Below, in pieces: positions 51,796 to 62,210 of a DNA stretch of 64,000 nucleotides (the stretch's first letter is position 1; every line of letters begins with the position of its first letter). The DNA is taken from NCBI RefSeq assembly GCF_018350175.1, contig NC_058374.1, positions 68,448,001 through 68,512,000 on the forward strand, given 5' to 3'. The stretch comes from Felis catus (Eukaryota). A program made the position numbers and the translations under genes. The notes beneath the pieces were generated by a model. That model was given only the letters and a program-made list of their open reading frames with translations, was not told the DNA's origin and did no database searches.

Positions 51796-54700
51796 GTCTT
51801 CTAAAAAAGGCAAACAAGGAAGTGAACAATAAATTATCTTCTTTCAGGTTAAAACAACTTTTCTGCAATCTTATGTCTACCTTCTCTCTCTCTTCCTCTC
51901 TCTCCTTATTTTGCCCTTTGTTCCACGTTTTTCCCTGCTTCCTACTTTTCCTTCTCTACTACCTGATACTGTCCTCTTTTTTTTGGCCACTATTTCCCTG
52001 ACCCCACAGAAACAGAGGTAAGAGGGAAGGTTCTACCTTTAGCCCTGGGGACAAGTAGCAGCAGTGGGGCCCTTCTGTACCTTCCCTCTGTAATCTCCCA
52101 GCTGGGTCAAGAGGGAAAAAGTGGACTCCCAGCTCTGTAGGATGAATAGAACAAGAGCCACTGGGCATGGTAAGTGGGTTTTAAACCCTACCGTATCTGG
52201 CTTAGTTAACAGTGGGGGCAAAATATTGTACCTGAATGAAAAGGCAAACCGGCCCAGACCTAAATAAAAGCATTTCTGTTAAAGTTGATCAAGGAAATGT
52301 ATTTTGCTTTGTCTTCTTTTCAGTATCATAAAGGGGAGTTGAGACTGTATGATGTGACTTTTGAAAATGCTGGCATGTACCAGTGCATAGCTGAAAACAC
52401 ACATGGAGCCATATATGCAAATGCGGAGTTGAAGATCTTGGGTCAGTATCATTTCTAGTTTCTGATAACATTCAGCAAGAAAGCACCACATTAAACAATG
52501 ATCATAAGGGTTTCTGCAGATCATATTTGATTGTATGTTGGATCGCTAAAGGTGACAACTTTCAAAATGTGGTTTGGAACAGGATGATATTGTTTTATTT
52601 CCCTTCTTTCATTGGAGAACAGTAAATAAGTTAGAGGCAGCATGGAGTACAATAGTTTAAAAAAATGTTTTACAGGTAAAGCAAACTTTACACACGCCAG
52701 TTTTTACAAGTCTTTTTCTCTCCTATGTCTGGGCTGTTAAATACTTCCTGAAAATCACATTGTGGTGATTGATGCTTCCACAATGCATGTGACCCAGTCT
52801 CAGATGGATCTTCAGCACTTGCTAGTTATAGCAGTCTTTGGATCTCATATCCTACAATTGATATTTAAAATCCTCAGGACATTCGTCAAGCTCTTTACTC
52901 CACCCTGACTCCTTCTTTGGTATTGCTTTCTTACTCTGCCATAACAGTTGAAACCCTTTGAAATAAAATATATCAATTTCCTATCCACATTCAAAAGTAT
53001 GTAAATCTTTACTACATTTTCCCCTTCATGTTCTTCATCCAGAGGCGTGAGTATCTCTCCTCTCTAAAACAGGCATACCTCGTCTCGTTTCATTGCATTT
53101 CACAGTACCGCGTTTTTACCAATTGAAAGTTTATTGCAATACTGCAGCGAGCAGGCATATTTCCAACAGCATTGGCTTACTTCATGTCTCTGTATTACAT
53201 TTTGGTAATTTCACAATATTTAAAACTTTTTCATTATTATTATATTTGGTATGTTAATCTGTAGTCAGTGGTCTTTGATATTACTATTGAAACTGTTTTC
53301 AGGCACCATGAACCAGGCCCATATACGAGAGCAAACCTAATCAATACATGTGTGTGTTCTGACTGCCCACATTCCTTCACCTCGAGCGTCCCTATTCTCT
53401 GAGACACAGCAATATTGAAATTAGGCCAGTCAATAAGCTTACAATGGCTTCTGGGTGTTCAAATGAAAGGAAGAGTCAGACATGTCTTACTTTCACACAA
53501 AAGCTAGAAATGATTAAGCTTAACGAGGAAGGAATGTCAAAAGCTGAAATAGGCTGAAGGCTAGGTTCCTTGTGCTAACCAGTTAGCCAAGTTGTGCACG
53601 CAGAGGAAAAGTTCTTATGATTAGAAGTGCAGGTCTAGTGAGCACATGAATGATAAGAGAACAAAACAGCCTTATTGCTGATTTGAAGAAAGTTTTAGTG
53701 GTCTGAATAGAAGATCAGATCAGCCACATTATTCACTTAAGCCAGAGCCTAATCCAGAGCAAGGCTCTTACTCTCTTCAATTCTGTGAAGACCGAAAGAG
53801 GGGAGGAAGCTGCAGAAGAAAAGTTTAAAACTAGCTCAGGTTGGTTCATGAGGTTTAGAGTAGAGAAAAGAGGAAATGGCTTCACAGCTGACACTTTTGT
53901 TGGGGACTAATGTGGCTGGTGACTTTCAGTTGAAGCCAATGCACANNNNNNNNNNNNNNNNNNNNNNNNNNNNNNNNNNNNNNNNNNNNNNNNNNNNNNN
54001 NNNNNNNNNNNNNNNNNNNNNNNNNNNNNNNNNNNNNNNNNNNNNNNNNNNNNNNNNNNNNNNNNNNNNNNNNNNNNNNNNNNNNNNNNNNNNNNNNNNN
54101 NNNNNNNNNNNNNNNNNNNNNNNNNNNNNNNNNNNNNNNNNNNNNNNNNNNNNNNNNNNNNNNNNNNNNNNNNNNNNNNNNNNNNNNNNNNNNNNNNNNN
54201 NNNNNNNNNNNNNNNNNNNNNNNNNNNNNNNNNNNNNNNNNNNNNNAAGGAGCAATTTCGACTTTCAAATTTTATTATTTAAGAACTGCATTTCATAAGG
54301 CTCTAGGTGTCACAGATGGTGATTTCTCTGATGTCTCTTGGCAAAGCAAATTGAAAAATCTCTGAAAAGGATTCACTATTCTGGATACCATTAAGAACTT
54401 TCATGATTCATGGGAAGATGCAAAATATCATCAACATGCGCAGGAGATGGGGAAGAAGTTGATTCTAACCCTCAGGGATGACTTTGTGAGGTTCAAGACT
54501 TCAGTGGAGGAAGTAGCTGTAGATNNNNNNNNNNNNNNNNNNNNNNNNNNNNNNNNNNNNNNNNNNNNNNNNNNNNNNNNNNNNNNNNNNNNNNNNNNNN
54601 NNNNNNNNNNNNNNNNNNNNNNNNNNNNNNNNNNNNNNNNNNNNNNNNNNNNNNNNNNNNNNNNNNNNNNNNNNNNNNNNNNNNNNNNNNNNNNNNNNNN

Positions 54701-57700
54701 NNNNNNNNNNNNNNNNNNNNNNNNNNNNNNNNNNNNNNNNNNNNNNNNNNNGCTAAGTTTGAGAGGATTGGCTCCCATTTTGAAAGAAGTTCAGTGGTGA
54801 GTAAAATGCTATCAAATGGCATCACATACCACAGAGAAATCTTTCATGAGAGGAAGAGTCCATCGATGGGGGGCAAGCCTCATTGTTGTCTTTTTTCAGA
54901 AATTTCCACAGATGCCCCCCCACCGCCAACCTTCAGCAACCATTACCCTGATCAGTCAACAGCCATCAACATGGAGGCAAGACCCTCCACTAGCAAAAAG
55001 ACTATGACTCGCTGAAAGCTCATATGATGGTTAGCATTTTTTAGCAATAAAGTATTTTTAAATTAAGGTATGTACGTTGTTTATTTTCAGACATAACGCC
55101 ATTTGCACAGCGNNNNNNNNNNNNNNNNNNNNNNNNNNNNNNNNNNNNNNNNNNNNNNNNNNNNNNNNNNNNNNNNNNNNNNNNNNNNNNNNNNNNNNNN
55201 NNNNNNNNNNNNNNNNNNNNNNNNNNNNNNNNNNNNNNNNNNNNNNNNNNNNNNNNNNNNNNNNCCTATATTCATTTCTTTTCACTTACCCTGTACTTGA
55301 TATGAACAGATATCTCTTCTCCATGTGCATATGTGTGTTCATATCTTTCATGCTGCCTCTCCTTTTAATCATGTTTTATTCTTGAATTCTCTGCTTCTTT
55401 GGCTTTGGAGACTCCATGCTTTCATACCTCCCAGATTATTTCTTCTTGATCATTTTTATTTTTTCCTCTTTACCCCTTCCTCTGCTCAGTTAGAAATCTT
55501 GCTCTCAGATTCCATTCTTATGGTTTCATTCTATTCTGTAACCCACTTTTTTCTCATATTCTATATTATTATTGCCAAATTATTATTTTCAAATTTTTAG
55601 AAATCCTTGATAATTTCTTCTTCTTCATTAACTATCATTGATTCTTTATATCACTGGCTCAGGTTTTTTTCCTTAGCTCAATATAAAGCTTCCTAATAGG
55701 AATGTTCATCTGGTAACCTCACAGATAACCCAGACTTAGCATGTCTGAAGCTATAATCTTATTTCTCACTCACCTTATCCTGAAAAATTCTGTTCTATAG
55801 AATGACATAATTCATTACATCTTTTCTTTCTATCACATCTACTAAATTTCTCAATGTTACCCCATAAATCTCACATTCTCCTTACTTTCATTACAACTAC
55901 TTTAATTAAGGCCTTTCTGTAATATGTCCTTTTCATTTTATTTTAATTAGCTGTCATCAGCTTTAGTCATGTTATAAGTAATGAATCTAGATGTAGCCAG
56001 GCTTTGTCTTCTACAACTGATTACCAAAAAGATAAAGCAGTGACTATAAAGTGTGGCCTATTTTATTATTGCTACACCAAAGGGAAATTCTTTAAAATAT
56101 TGCTATCAGGGGCGCCTGGATGGCTCAGTCGGTTGGGTGTCTGACTTTGGCTCAGGTCATGATCTCACAGCTCTGTGGGTTCAAGCCCCGCGTCGGGCTC
56201 TGTGCTGACGGCTCGGAACCTGGAGCCTGCTTTGGATTCTGTGTCTCCCTCTCTCTCTGCCCCTAACGACTCACATTCTGTCTCTGTCTCTCTCAAAAAT
56301 AAATAAATATTAAAAAAATTAAAAAAAATTATTGCTATCACTATAAATTAACACTAAAAAATATGAAAGAATATGAAAAACTAACTTTAAGAAGAGTTGA
56401 GGCCTTCTTAATTTTAATTTTCCCTGTCTCTTTTTATAATGCTGAAGATCATATTCTATTTATTCCCTCCAAGGTAAAAATTCTTTGCTGATATATTTAA
56501 TCTACTTTATTTGGGTATCAAACAAACATTCAGGCTCAGGTTTCATACCATGTTACTTTATTATGAAATACAATAAAATTGTTTTGACTCTTATACAAGA
56601 TATGAGATGACTTTGAATGTTTTTCCAAATGTTAGCTTTTTATTTTTTGTTAAAATTTATTTATCGTGCTATGTTACAAAATAATAAGAAAATTCAACAG
56701 CTCAGGATGAAAGATCTCTCCATATTCAAGCACAAAATTTATCAGTATTTTAATGGCTTTTATTAAAGAAACTGCTTGCGTGTTTTCAGCCTTATAGTAA
56801 TGTTTCTGGGCATCTTTATATTTGTTTGAATCAATTTTTGTTTATTAGCTTTAGAAACAATGCTTCTCTCTATATATATTCCTTTGCTATCTAGGTAATT
56901 CATTTATTCACCCACCAAATATTTTTTGGGAACTTATTCTACACCAGATACTATTCTTTTTAATAGACACAGTAAAGAATGATCGACAAAAAAAAATGCA
57001 TGTCTTCTTAGTTTGGGGACAAATATTCCCTCATTTTCCCACTTCTAAAATATGTAGGAACATAGTTTGGATTCTTTCACTATAAATTCAAATACTGGAT
57101 AAGTATGAAATCATTTAAGCAACTGTATGAAATCAACTTTTTTCATTAAAACTCAGACTCAAGAAAAATTCTAATTTTCTAAATGAATTTAGATTTTTGA
57201 AATATAATTCCATTAAATTTTCTTTCTTATTTGACAAGCAGTATGTCACCCAGAATATTTATTGAGCCTCTACAAAATTCTACACACGGAGGTAGGTGTA
57301 CAGCACAAGTTGGTTGGTTACTTATTTGTTTATTGTCAGTTATCAAAACTCAGACCAAAAGAACAATGGGATAAACTAAATCCTTGCTATAAAAGTGTGT
57401 CCCACAGAGCAGCAGCAGCAATAACAACACCTGAGAGCTTGTTAGAAGTGCTGAATCTCAGGTCCACACCAGGCCTACTTAATCAACATTTTACCAAGAT
57501 CATCACATTATTTTGATGTACAAATAGAATTTGAGAGTCACAGGACTAGCAGATGACCAGCTAATATCTGGACAAAGATATACTTGGGCCTGGAAAAGCC
57601 TACAGAATGGACACAGTTACATACAGAGACTGGATGTATAGAAATAAATGGATGCCCCCTCCGCCAAGAATTCTGCTAGAATACAAGGAAATTAAGAAAT

Positions 57701-58700
57701 GAGCCAGATGTGGGAGACCTAAAGAAAAATAGAGCACGTCATCACTGAAGTAACCTTTTAAGAGGCTCTGTATCCTGTTTTTCGTAAGCTCTGTACTTTG
57801 ACATAAGGAGAAACTATAGGTGGATCATGTACCCTTCAATTAATTGCATCCATCACTCCCATGGATGTTTGCAGGTAGGTCTGAAGGCAGACATATGTTC
57901 ATTTTGGCATCAGAGCGTCTGCACACAGTTGGTGCTCAAGAAATGTTTGCATACTGAAGGGGGAATCATATTGTTTAATTAAAAGAGGATGCTGGCAAAT
58001 CAGTAGGAAAAAGATTCAATTGTGAATACTACCTGATACTGCCTATGGCATCTTTGGCAAATTATATAATCTTAATAGATATCAGTTCTCTCATTTGTAC
58101 ATTGGAGACAGGTCATTCAAAGTATGGTTGAGGGTATTAATTATGACCGTATGTCGATATTAATAATGATGCTCAATATAACTCCAGTCTTCCACCTAAC
58201 TTCCTTTGTAAAATTAAGTCAAAATAATTAAATTGGATGTTACCTTCAAGGTAAATATGTATATAGCAATTGATTGTGGCTAAAATTCATAATAATTAAT
58301 TCTGTTAACAGCAAGATTTATACATTTAAAATGGGTGAATTTTATAAGTAAAATATACCTCAGTTAAGTTACTAAGTAAAAAAATGTATGAATACTAGGT
58401 ATGAAATATTTATGGTCATATCTGATAATATTTGGTGGGATTAAAGTTTTCTGTTGATTGTTAATCAAAAGAATAAAAGATGCTATAGAAGAAATGTTTT
58501 ATTTTCCCTTTTTAGTGAAAGAGAAAAATAATCATTTGTTTCCTTTTAGCTTTGGCTCCAACTTTTGAAATGAATCCTATGAAGAAAAAGATCTTAGCTG
58601 CTAAGGGAGGAAGGGTCATAATTGAATGCAAACCTAAAGCAGCACCCAAGCCAAAATTCTCATGGAGTAAAGGGACAGAGTGGCTCGTCAATAGCAGCAG
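21155..58700 (+). CDS. CNTN1: Contactin-1, spliced partial CDS (exons 2-12; first 459 codons plus 2 nt; gene continues beyond the window)
   Basis: Coding exon lengths 61+33+133+173+96+207+100+182+125+118+151 = 1379 nt join in one open frame with GT-AG at every junction. The translation [14 protein letters not shown]...[10 protein letters not shown] matches mammalian contactin-1. Paired Ig cysteines and N-glycosylation sequons NYS, NVT, NDT and NSS are present. Confidence 0.98.
22244..22274. repeat. (CA)15 microsatellite
   Basis: Direct reading. Confidence 0.95.
22607..22639 (+). CDS. CNTN1: CNTN1 exon 3, 33-nt symmetric (phase 1-1) small exon, (E)[10 protein letters not shown]
   Basis: ttttatttttag|AG...GAG|gtaagt; the peptide matches the N-terminal segment that is absent from the known shorter CNTN1 isoform. 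Confidence 0.96.
23175..23410 (+). mobile_element. MIR SINE
   Basis: ggcagtggtatactgg...tgtgatcttgtgcaaattattgaacttct...ataggtgctcagtgaa. Confidence 0.7.
24084..24757 (-). mobile_element. MaLR solo LTR (MLT1B/C-like), interrupted by a SINE
   Basis: The reverse complement begins tgttggttgaattgtg...gatatgttgaagtcctaa. Also ggtggcttataacaatagaaatgtattgtctcac...ggaggctagaagtc. Confidence 0.85.
24393..24584 (-). mobile_element. Can-SINE nested in the MLT1 LTR
   Basis: SINE body; TSD-like ctgaatt(g/t)ccctc on both sides. Confidence 0.92.
24900..25620 (+). mobile_element. L2 LINE fragment
   Basis: Pyrimidine-rich; gtcaccaatga...aatccaatggtca L2 signature. Confidence 0.6.
27826..28032 (+). mobile_element. 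Can-SINE (older)
   Basis: Head, (AAAT)n tail; TSD aagaa(a/t)tgaacttat. Confidence 0.92.
29458..29680 (-). mobile_element. Can-SINE
   Basis: Full-length reverse-complement copy. Confidence 0.94.
30092..30230 (-). mobile_element. Old L1 ORF2 fragment
   Basis: The minus-strand translation [13 protein letters not shown] resembles L1 ORF2 (DKWDxIKLKxFC). Confidence 0.75.
32470..32900 (-). mobile_element. L2 3' end fragment
   Basis: ttcattcattc...agcacctattgtgctccag start, followed by a purine-rich L2 antisense body. Confidence 0.55.
33085..33217 (+). CDS. CNTN1: CNTN1 exon 4 ([16 protein letters not shown]...[12 protein letters not shown]), first half of Ig1
   Basis: ttcttgtag|TT...CAA|gtaatg; 133 nt, in frame. 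Confidence 0.97.
34795..34935 (-). mobile_element. Old L1 3' region fragment
   Basis: tctggcatccaccattctatacttt...agataccttatataagt. Confidence 0.65.
35145..35258. repeat. Polypurine (GGAA/GGGA-rich) low-complexity tract
   Basis: About 114 nt almost entirely A/G. Confidence 0.9.
36824..36996 (+). CDS. CNTN1: CNTN1 exon 5 (WRMNNGDID...DAGIYYC...TLSFG), second half of Ig1
   Basis: ttctcatag|A...GAT|gtaagt; 173 nt; DxGxYxC Ig motif; overlaps ORF 36768..37004. Confidence 0.98.
37160..37369 (+). mobile_element. Can-SINE
   Basis: Head, (CT)n, A tail; tgtggaga on both sides. Confidence 0.93.
37840..38055 (-). mobile_element. Can-SINE
   Basis: TSD tgaaaac(c/t)atgtttt. Confidence 0.93.
38621..38836 (+). 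mobile_element. Can-SINE with a small internal deletion
   Basis: TSD aaaata(g/a)agtatcatga. Confidence 0.93.
39427..39522 (+). CDS. CNTN1: CNTN1 exon 6 ([32 protein letters not shown]), first half of Ig2
   Basis: cataattag|AT...CAG|gtaaat; 96 nt. Confidence 0.97.
40520..41190 (-). mobile_element. L2 3' end fragment
   Basis: cattcattcaacaaat...gagcacct...tgtgccaggcactgtg. Confidence 0.7.
41643..41849 (+). CDS. CNTN1: CNTN1 exon 7 ([13 protein letters not shown]...DKGNYSC...IPLPE), second half of Ig2
   Basis: ttcttccag|AT...AAC|gtaagt; 207 nt; overlaps ORF 41693..41911. Confidence 0.98.
43545..43710. mobile_element. MER5-like hAT-Charlie fragment within L2-like sequence
   Basis: cagtggtct...gtctgggatgtgacacaggaatttg...caagcatccccagtgatt...tgaaaacattg. 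Confidence 0.55.
44073..44302 (+). mobile_element. Young felid Can-SINE (SINEC_Fc-like)
   Basis: CpGs retained, long A tail, perfect 16-bp TSD gaaaaaattccctgca (44057-44072 and 44303-44318). Confidence 0.96.
44927..45129 (-). mobile_element. Young felid Can-SINE (SINEC_Fc-like)
   Basis: CpG-rich reverse-complement copy; cttgaaa on both sides. Confidence 0.95.
45400..45499 (+). CDS. CNTN1: CNTN1 exon 8 ([14 protein letters not shown]...[10 protein letters not shown]), first half of Ig3
   Basis: gatattag|GA...CAA|gtaagt; 100 nt. Confidence 0.97.
45656..45837 (+). CDS. CNTN1: CNTN1 exon 9 ([10 protein letters not shown]...DEGTYEC...RIYVQ), second half of Ig3
   Basis: ctatttaaag|T...AAG|gtagac; 182 nt. 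Confidence 0.97.
46185..46360. mobile_element. MER5A-like hAT-Charlie element
   Basis: aatcacctggagggcttgttaaaacacagattgctgg...tctgcatttctaataagttcc...tttgagaacc. Confidence 0.8.
47080..49160 (+). mobile_element. Long degenerate L2 LINE fragment, interrupted by a SINE
   Basis: C-rich; L2-like motifs ggccacacttcagacct, cttctttcattgagaaaat and tcaccaatgac. Confidence 0.7.
47619..47816 (-). mobile_element. Can-SINE nested in L2
   Basis: TSD tacaatccctttat (47605-47618 and 47824-47837). Confidence 0.92.
49945..50149 (-). mobile_element. Can-SINE
   Basis: (TTTA)n tail and SINE body. Confidence 0.93.
50539..50774 (-). mobile_element. Can-SINE with an internal fold-back rearrangement
   Basis: SINE body with extra sequence at about 50710-50752. 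Confidence 0.93.
50816..50919 (-). mobile_element. Very short felid-type L1 3' end
   Basis: caatgatttcaggagtagattccttaatgccc...; TSD tacagg(t/c)gagaaattttt at 50798-50815 and 50920-50937. Confidence 0.85.
50938..51159 (-). mobile_element. Can-SINE
   Basis: Full reverse-complement copy; cataattttttaaaa occurs at about 50779 and about 51165. Confidence 0.93.
51511..51635 (+). CDS. CNTN1: CNTN1 exon 10 ([12 protein letters not shown]...[21 protein letters not shown]), first half of Ig4
   Basis: actttcag|CG...GCG|gtatgt; 125 nt. Confidence 0.97.
51753..51795. repeat. (TAAA)10 microsatellite
   Basis: Direct reading. Confidence 0.95.
52324..52441 (+). CDS. CNTN1: CNTN1 exon 11 ([11 protein letters not shown]...NAGMYQC...ELKIL), second half of Ig4
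   Basis: ttcttttcag|TAT...TGG|gtcagt; 118 nt. Confidence 0.97.
53070..55268 (+). mobile_element. Tigger1 (TcMar/pogo family) DNA transposon, near full length, transposase inactivated
   Basis: The left end caggcatacctcg matches the Tigger1 TIR. The transposase start at 53444 reads [11 protein letters not shown]...[18 protein letters not shown] then TGA. There is an internal deletion near 53858, and the right end lies mostly in an N-gap. Confidence 0.92.
56109..56328 (+). mobile_element. Can-SINE (SINEC_Fc-like)
   Basis: CpG-rich; TSD tattgctatca. Confidence 0.95.
57380..57550. mobile_element. MER5-like hAT-Charlie fragment
   Basis: cagcagca...cacctgagagcttgttagaagtgctgaatctcagg...ttttaccaagatc. 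Confidence 0.7.
58550..58700 (+). CDS. CNTN1: CNTN1 exon 12 ([14 protein letters not shown]...[11 protein letters not shown]...VNSS), first half of Ig5
   Basis: tccttttag|CT...CAG|gtcagt; 151 nt; overlaps ORF 58552..58734. Confidence 0.97.
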
Positions 58701-61161
58701 GTCAGTTCGGAAACTAGAAATCCAATTGCAATGAACTATTTGGCCAAGTTCATTTAAAGAGGACTTTAAAGAGGACTTATGTAAATGTTGGTTGTTCTAA
58801 CTTTCCTCTGCAGAAGGCACTGTAATTCTAAGATAAACAAAAGTAAGAAATACTTACCCTTCGCTGTTATTATCTGTGATAATCAAGGTTCAATTTTTAG
58901 GCTTCTGTAATTTATAAGAAATTTAGAAAATTGAGACTCAGGGACTTTTGGTAAATTGCCCAAGTCCTCAGGGGGGGAAAAATGAACAATGGGAAATAAA
59001 ATAGGATCTCTGACTTACTTTTCCCCTAACAAGGACTTCTGTATCCATTTATATTTGGTTTAGTTTTATGAAGTAAGCCCATTAAATATTTCAGTAGAAA
59101 AAATATAAAGGTACATTTCAAAGAATAAATCACCCCTTCCCACCTTTTAAAATAAATTGGAATTTCTCAACTTCCTAACAAGTAAACGATTACCAATGTT
59201 TTGGTAGCTTTAGGATAAAATATAAAGCATGTGACTTCATAATATTTATTTAAAAGCCACACTGAATGGTTTCTATAAATGTACTAGAAGAAGATAAGGT
59301 AATACTGAGTATGGAGAAAAGAAAGTCAGGATAGGAAATGGGATGTGAAAGTGGGGGAGAAAGAAATATTATAGGCAATGAAAGGAGTATGTACAAGGGC
59401 CCTGAGGCAGAGAGTATAGGATGGTGAAGAATTTAAGAATTCTTAGGTTTCTGAGGTTTTCCCTTAGGAGAAAGTGGAGAAGAGTTTTAAGAGATAAGAT
59501 GTAGTAATCCAGCTCATCAATAATGTTTTCTAGGCTAGGGGGCTTGGACCCCATCTTTGAGTAACCAAATCTGTTAAAGACTTAAATAAAGGAGAAAAAA
59601 AAATGTACTTTTTGCATTCAAAAAGAATATTCTAGCAAAAGTGCATAAGACAGATCTTCTTCACAATAATAATTTAAAAAGTAGGTAAGATGGGTATTAT
59701 TATCGCTATTTTGATGTATCTGAAGCCTGGAACGGTTAAAGTAAACTTTTGAAAGTATGTTGATAATCTCCAAACTGAAACTTCAACTTGGGTCATATTG
59801 ACATGGAATGAACATATGCCAACACAGTTCTCTTATTAGGATGGCCACAAGTGTGGCTGTGTATGGGACAGAGATCGAGATGGGGGGTGGGGGATGGTAG
59901 GGAGTGCACAGGGTCAGTAGTTATTTCCACAAGCACGTTAACTTTTAAAATGAATAGATTTAAGTAAGATTTATTAAGACCTTAGCAAAATGATGCTAGC
60001 AGAATCAGTGTTAAAGGAAGAATTAATTTGTTCAATTTTCTGCCGAAACATTAATGATCAGAGAGTGAGTAATGCAGAGACTGTGACCAAAGGGTAAGTC
60101 CCTTATCTAGGTACTTAGTTACCCCTGCAATAAACTTGTGGCACAGCATCCCCCTCAGCCTCCCCACCCCCGCCACTAACTTTCTCCCCTAAATGAAAAA
60201 AATCTTGCTCTGATTCTGATGAGGACCAATGTCATGAGCCTTTCTGACCAAGGATTTCTCAGAACCTGGTTTCATGGCCTTGTTTTTCCTAAATATCAAC
60301 ATGTGTTCAAAAAAGGAAAAGAAAAAGGATATTTTCCTAAATATCAACATGTGTTCTAGCTCCTAAAATCTTACCATTTTAATCTTGTCAGAATATTTTT
60401 AGTCTTTGAATCAAGTTGTATTACTTCTTGACAAAAGACTCTATAAATCCAATTTTTGCTCACTGCTTTAATTCATTAATTTTTCAGATTATAAGCACCA
60501 TTTTATAATAGATACAGTATTTTACATAAAACTAAAGTTCAATGTGGTAAGATAGTATGCATTAAAAAAATTCAACTAATAAATTGGTTTTAGAGAAATA
60601 AAACATTTCTGTTTAAAAATAATACTCAAGGAGCACCTGAATAACTGTCTTTCAGCATAACTGTAATCTCATTCTGATTAATAAACCACAGAAAATGGTT
60701 CCACATTACAGTTAGCCACACTTGATTAGTGGCTTGTAAAATGGTTTATGTGATATTTCCTATCAGTAGAGAAGAAACATAAATCTTGATAAATTGTAAT
60801 TAGGTTCTCAATTGTATGATTTTACTTGGAGCTAAATGATATACAGTTTACAACAGAATTTATTTGTAGTTGTTCATTTCATATTTAATGGACTGCTATC
60901 AGCTCTAAAGTGATCTTTATCTGAGCCATTTATGTGAGAGCAACTCCAAAATTCTTTTCTTCTCTAGAGTTAGTATTCTTTAGCAATTAACAAGTAAAAT
61001 GAAGGTTATCCTGGGGTAATTTTGGCAAAAGTGAGTGACTAATTTATTAAAGACCAAGTAGTTCCTAGTTTATTGGACTGCTTATCCATATCAGATTATC
61101 TGAAAATAAGGATAAGATCACTAGAGTTTAATCTGTATTGATTTAAGAATGGGGACCATTA

Positions 61162-61273
61162 GGGGCTCCTGGGTGGCTCAGTCAGTTAAGGGTCCGACTC
61201 TTGGTTTCAACTCGGGTTTCATGAGTTTGAACCCTGCATCAGGCTCTGAGTTGGAAGTGCAGAGTTGCTTGGG

Positions 61274-61316
<43 letters not shown>

Positions 61317-61408
61317 TGCTCTCTCTCTCTCTCCCCTTCTGTCTCTGCCCCTCCCATACTCATGCTGTCTCTGTTAAAATAAATAAATAAACCAAAAATG
61401 TATTAAAA
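61162..61408 (+). mobile_element. Can-SINE with an expanded (CT)n tract
   Basis: TSD aat(g/a)gggaccatta; long CT run at about 61277-61332. Confidence 0.93.
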
Positions 61409-61764
61409 AAATAGGGACCATTATTAGAGAAAAATCAAGTTAACTTACCATGGTAATCCTTACCAAAAATTAATTTTAGTGTCACGAAATAAGTGCCTGA
61501 AATAATAGGTGAAATGAGTGACATAAAGAAGAATATACTTTGGATATACCAAAGGTTAACTGAGAGCTAATGTGAGAAAACAGAATAATAGTGTAGATTC
61601 TAGAAAGAATGATTACTGTTGTTCTTTCCATTGCATATTGGCTATAATTTTCATAGCTTCATCTGCAAAATAATTAAATGATAGTGCAATGGAACATTGG
61701 CTAAGGGCTCACATTAGATTTTAGTGAAAAAAAAAGTGTGGCACATTAATGTTGGTCCTTGTTA

Positions 61765-62210
61765 ATATGATTCTGGAGAAGCAGGTGCCAATATAGGAGT
61801 AAATATTCAGGAGATTTATTAATGGCAGTGCCTACATGGGAAAATAGAGAGGGCACTGGGTAGAGGTTTGGACAACCATCTGACCAAGATGCAGGACTGA
61901 TTCCAGATGAAGGAGAAAGGGAGGGCAGGAAGGAAGGCCCAAGGAAATGACTCAGATTTCAGGGCAGATCTGAGTATGGTGAGGCCACTGGACAGTCCTT
62001 CAGCTCAAACTGCCCCTAAGAATCTGATGTCTCCTAGAAACAGGTCTGCCTTTACATTCCTCTCAGGTTGTCATTGGCTGAGACCAGCCTTTGGAAAGTA
62101 TAGCCTTGGCTCATACACAGTGATGGATTTCTGAGTGCAACAGCTGTGTGGATCCATTATACTTCTTACAGTGGAGAACTTAGAGGCACATGCCAAAGCT
62201 TCTGCAGTAC
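61765..62210 (-). mobile_element. Old ERVL-type LTR (LTR16-like) fragment
   Basis: gaagcaggtgcc...ggagatttatt...gtgcct resembles the antisense of an LTR16 U5/poly(A) region; recalled similarity only. Confidence 0.45.

Larger units (their letters stand above)
4516..55264. other. Seven N-gaps: 4516-4733, 4750-5203, 18574-18741, 29305-29438, 53946-54246, 54525-54751, 55113-55264
   Basis: Runs of n in the sequence. Confidence 0.99.

Noticed and set aside
33150-52410. Apparent amino-acid differences from human CNTN1 (e.g. ESPEG, EGTY, ENNRG, NTHG)
   Set aside because: The comparison is from memory only. The changes spare the Ig cysteines, tryptophans and sequons, so no claim can be made without an alignment.
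53444-53560. Possible functional Tigger transposase or TIGD1-like gene
   Set aside because: TGA stop within the first 40 codons, further lesions and an internal deletion
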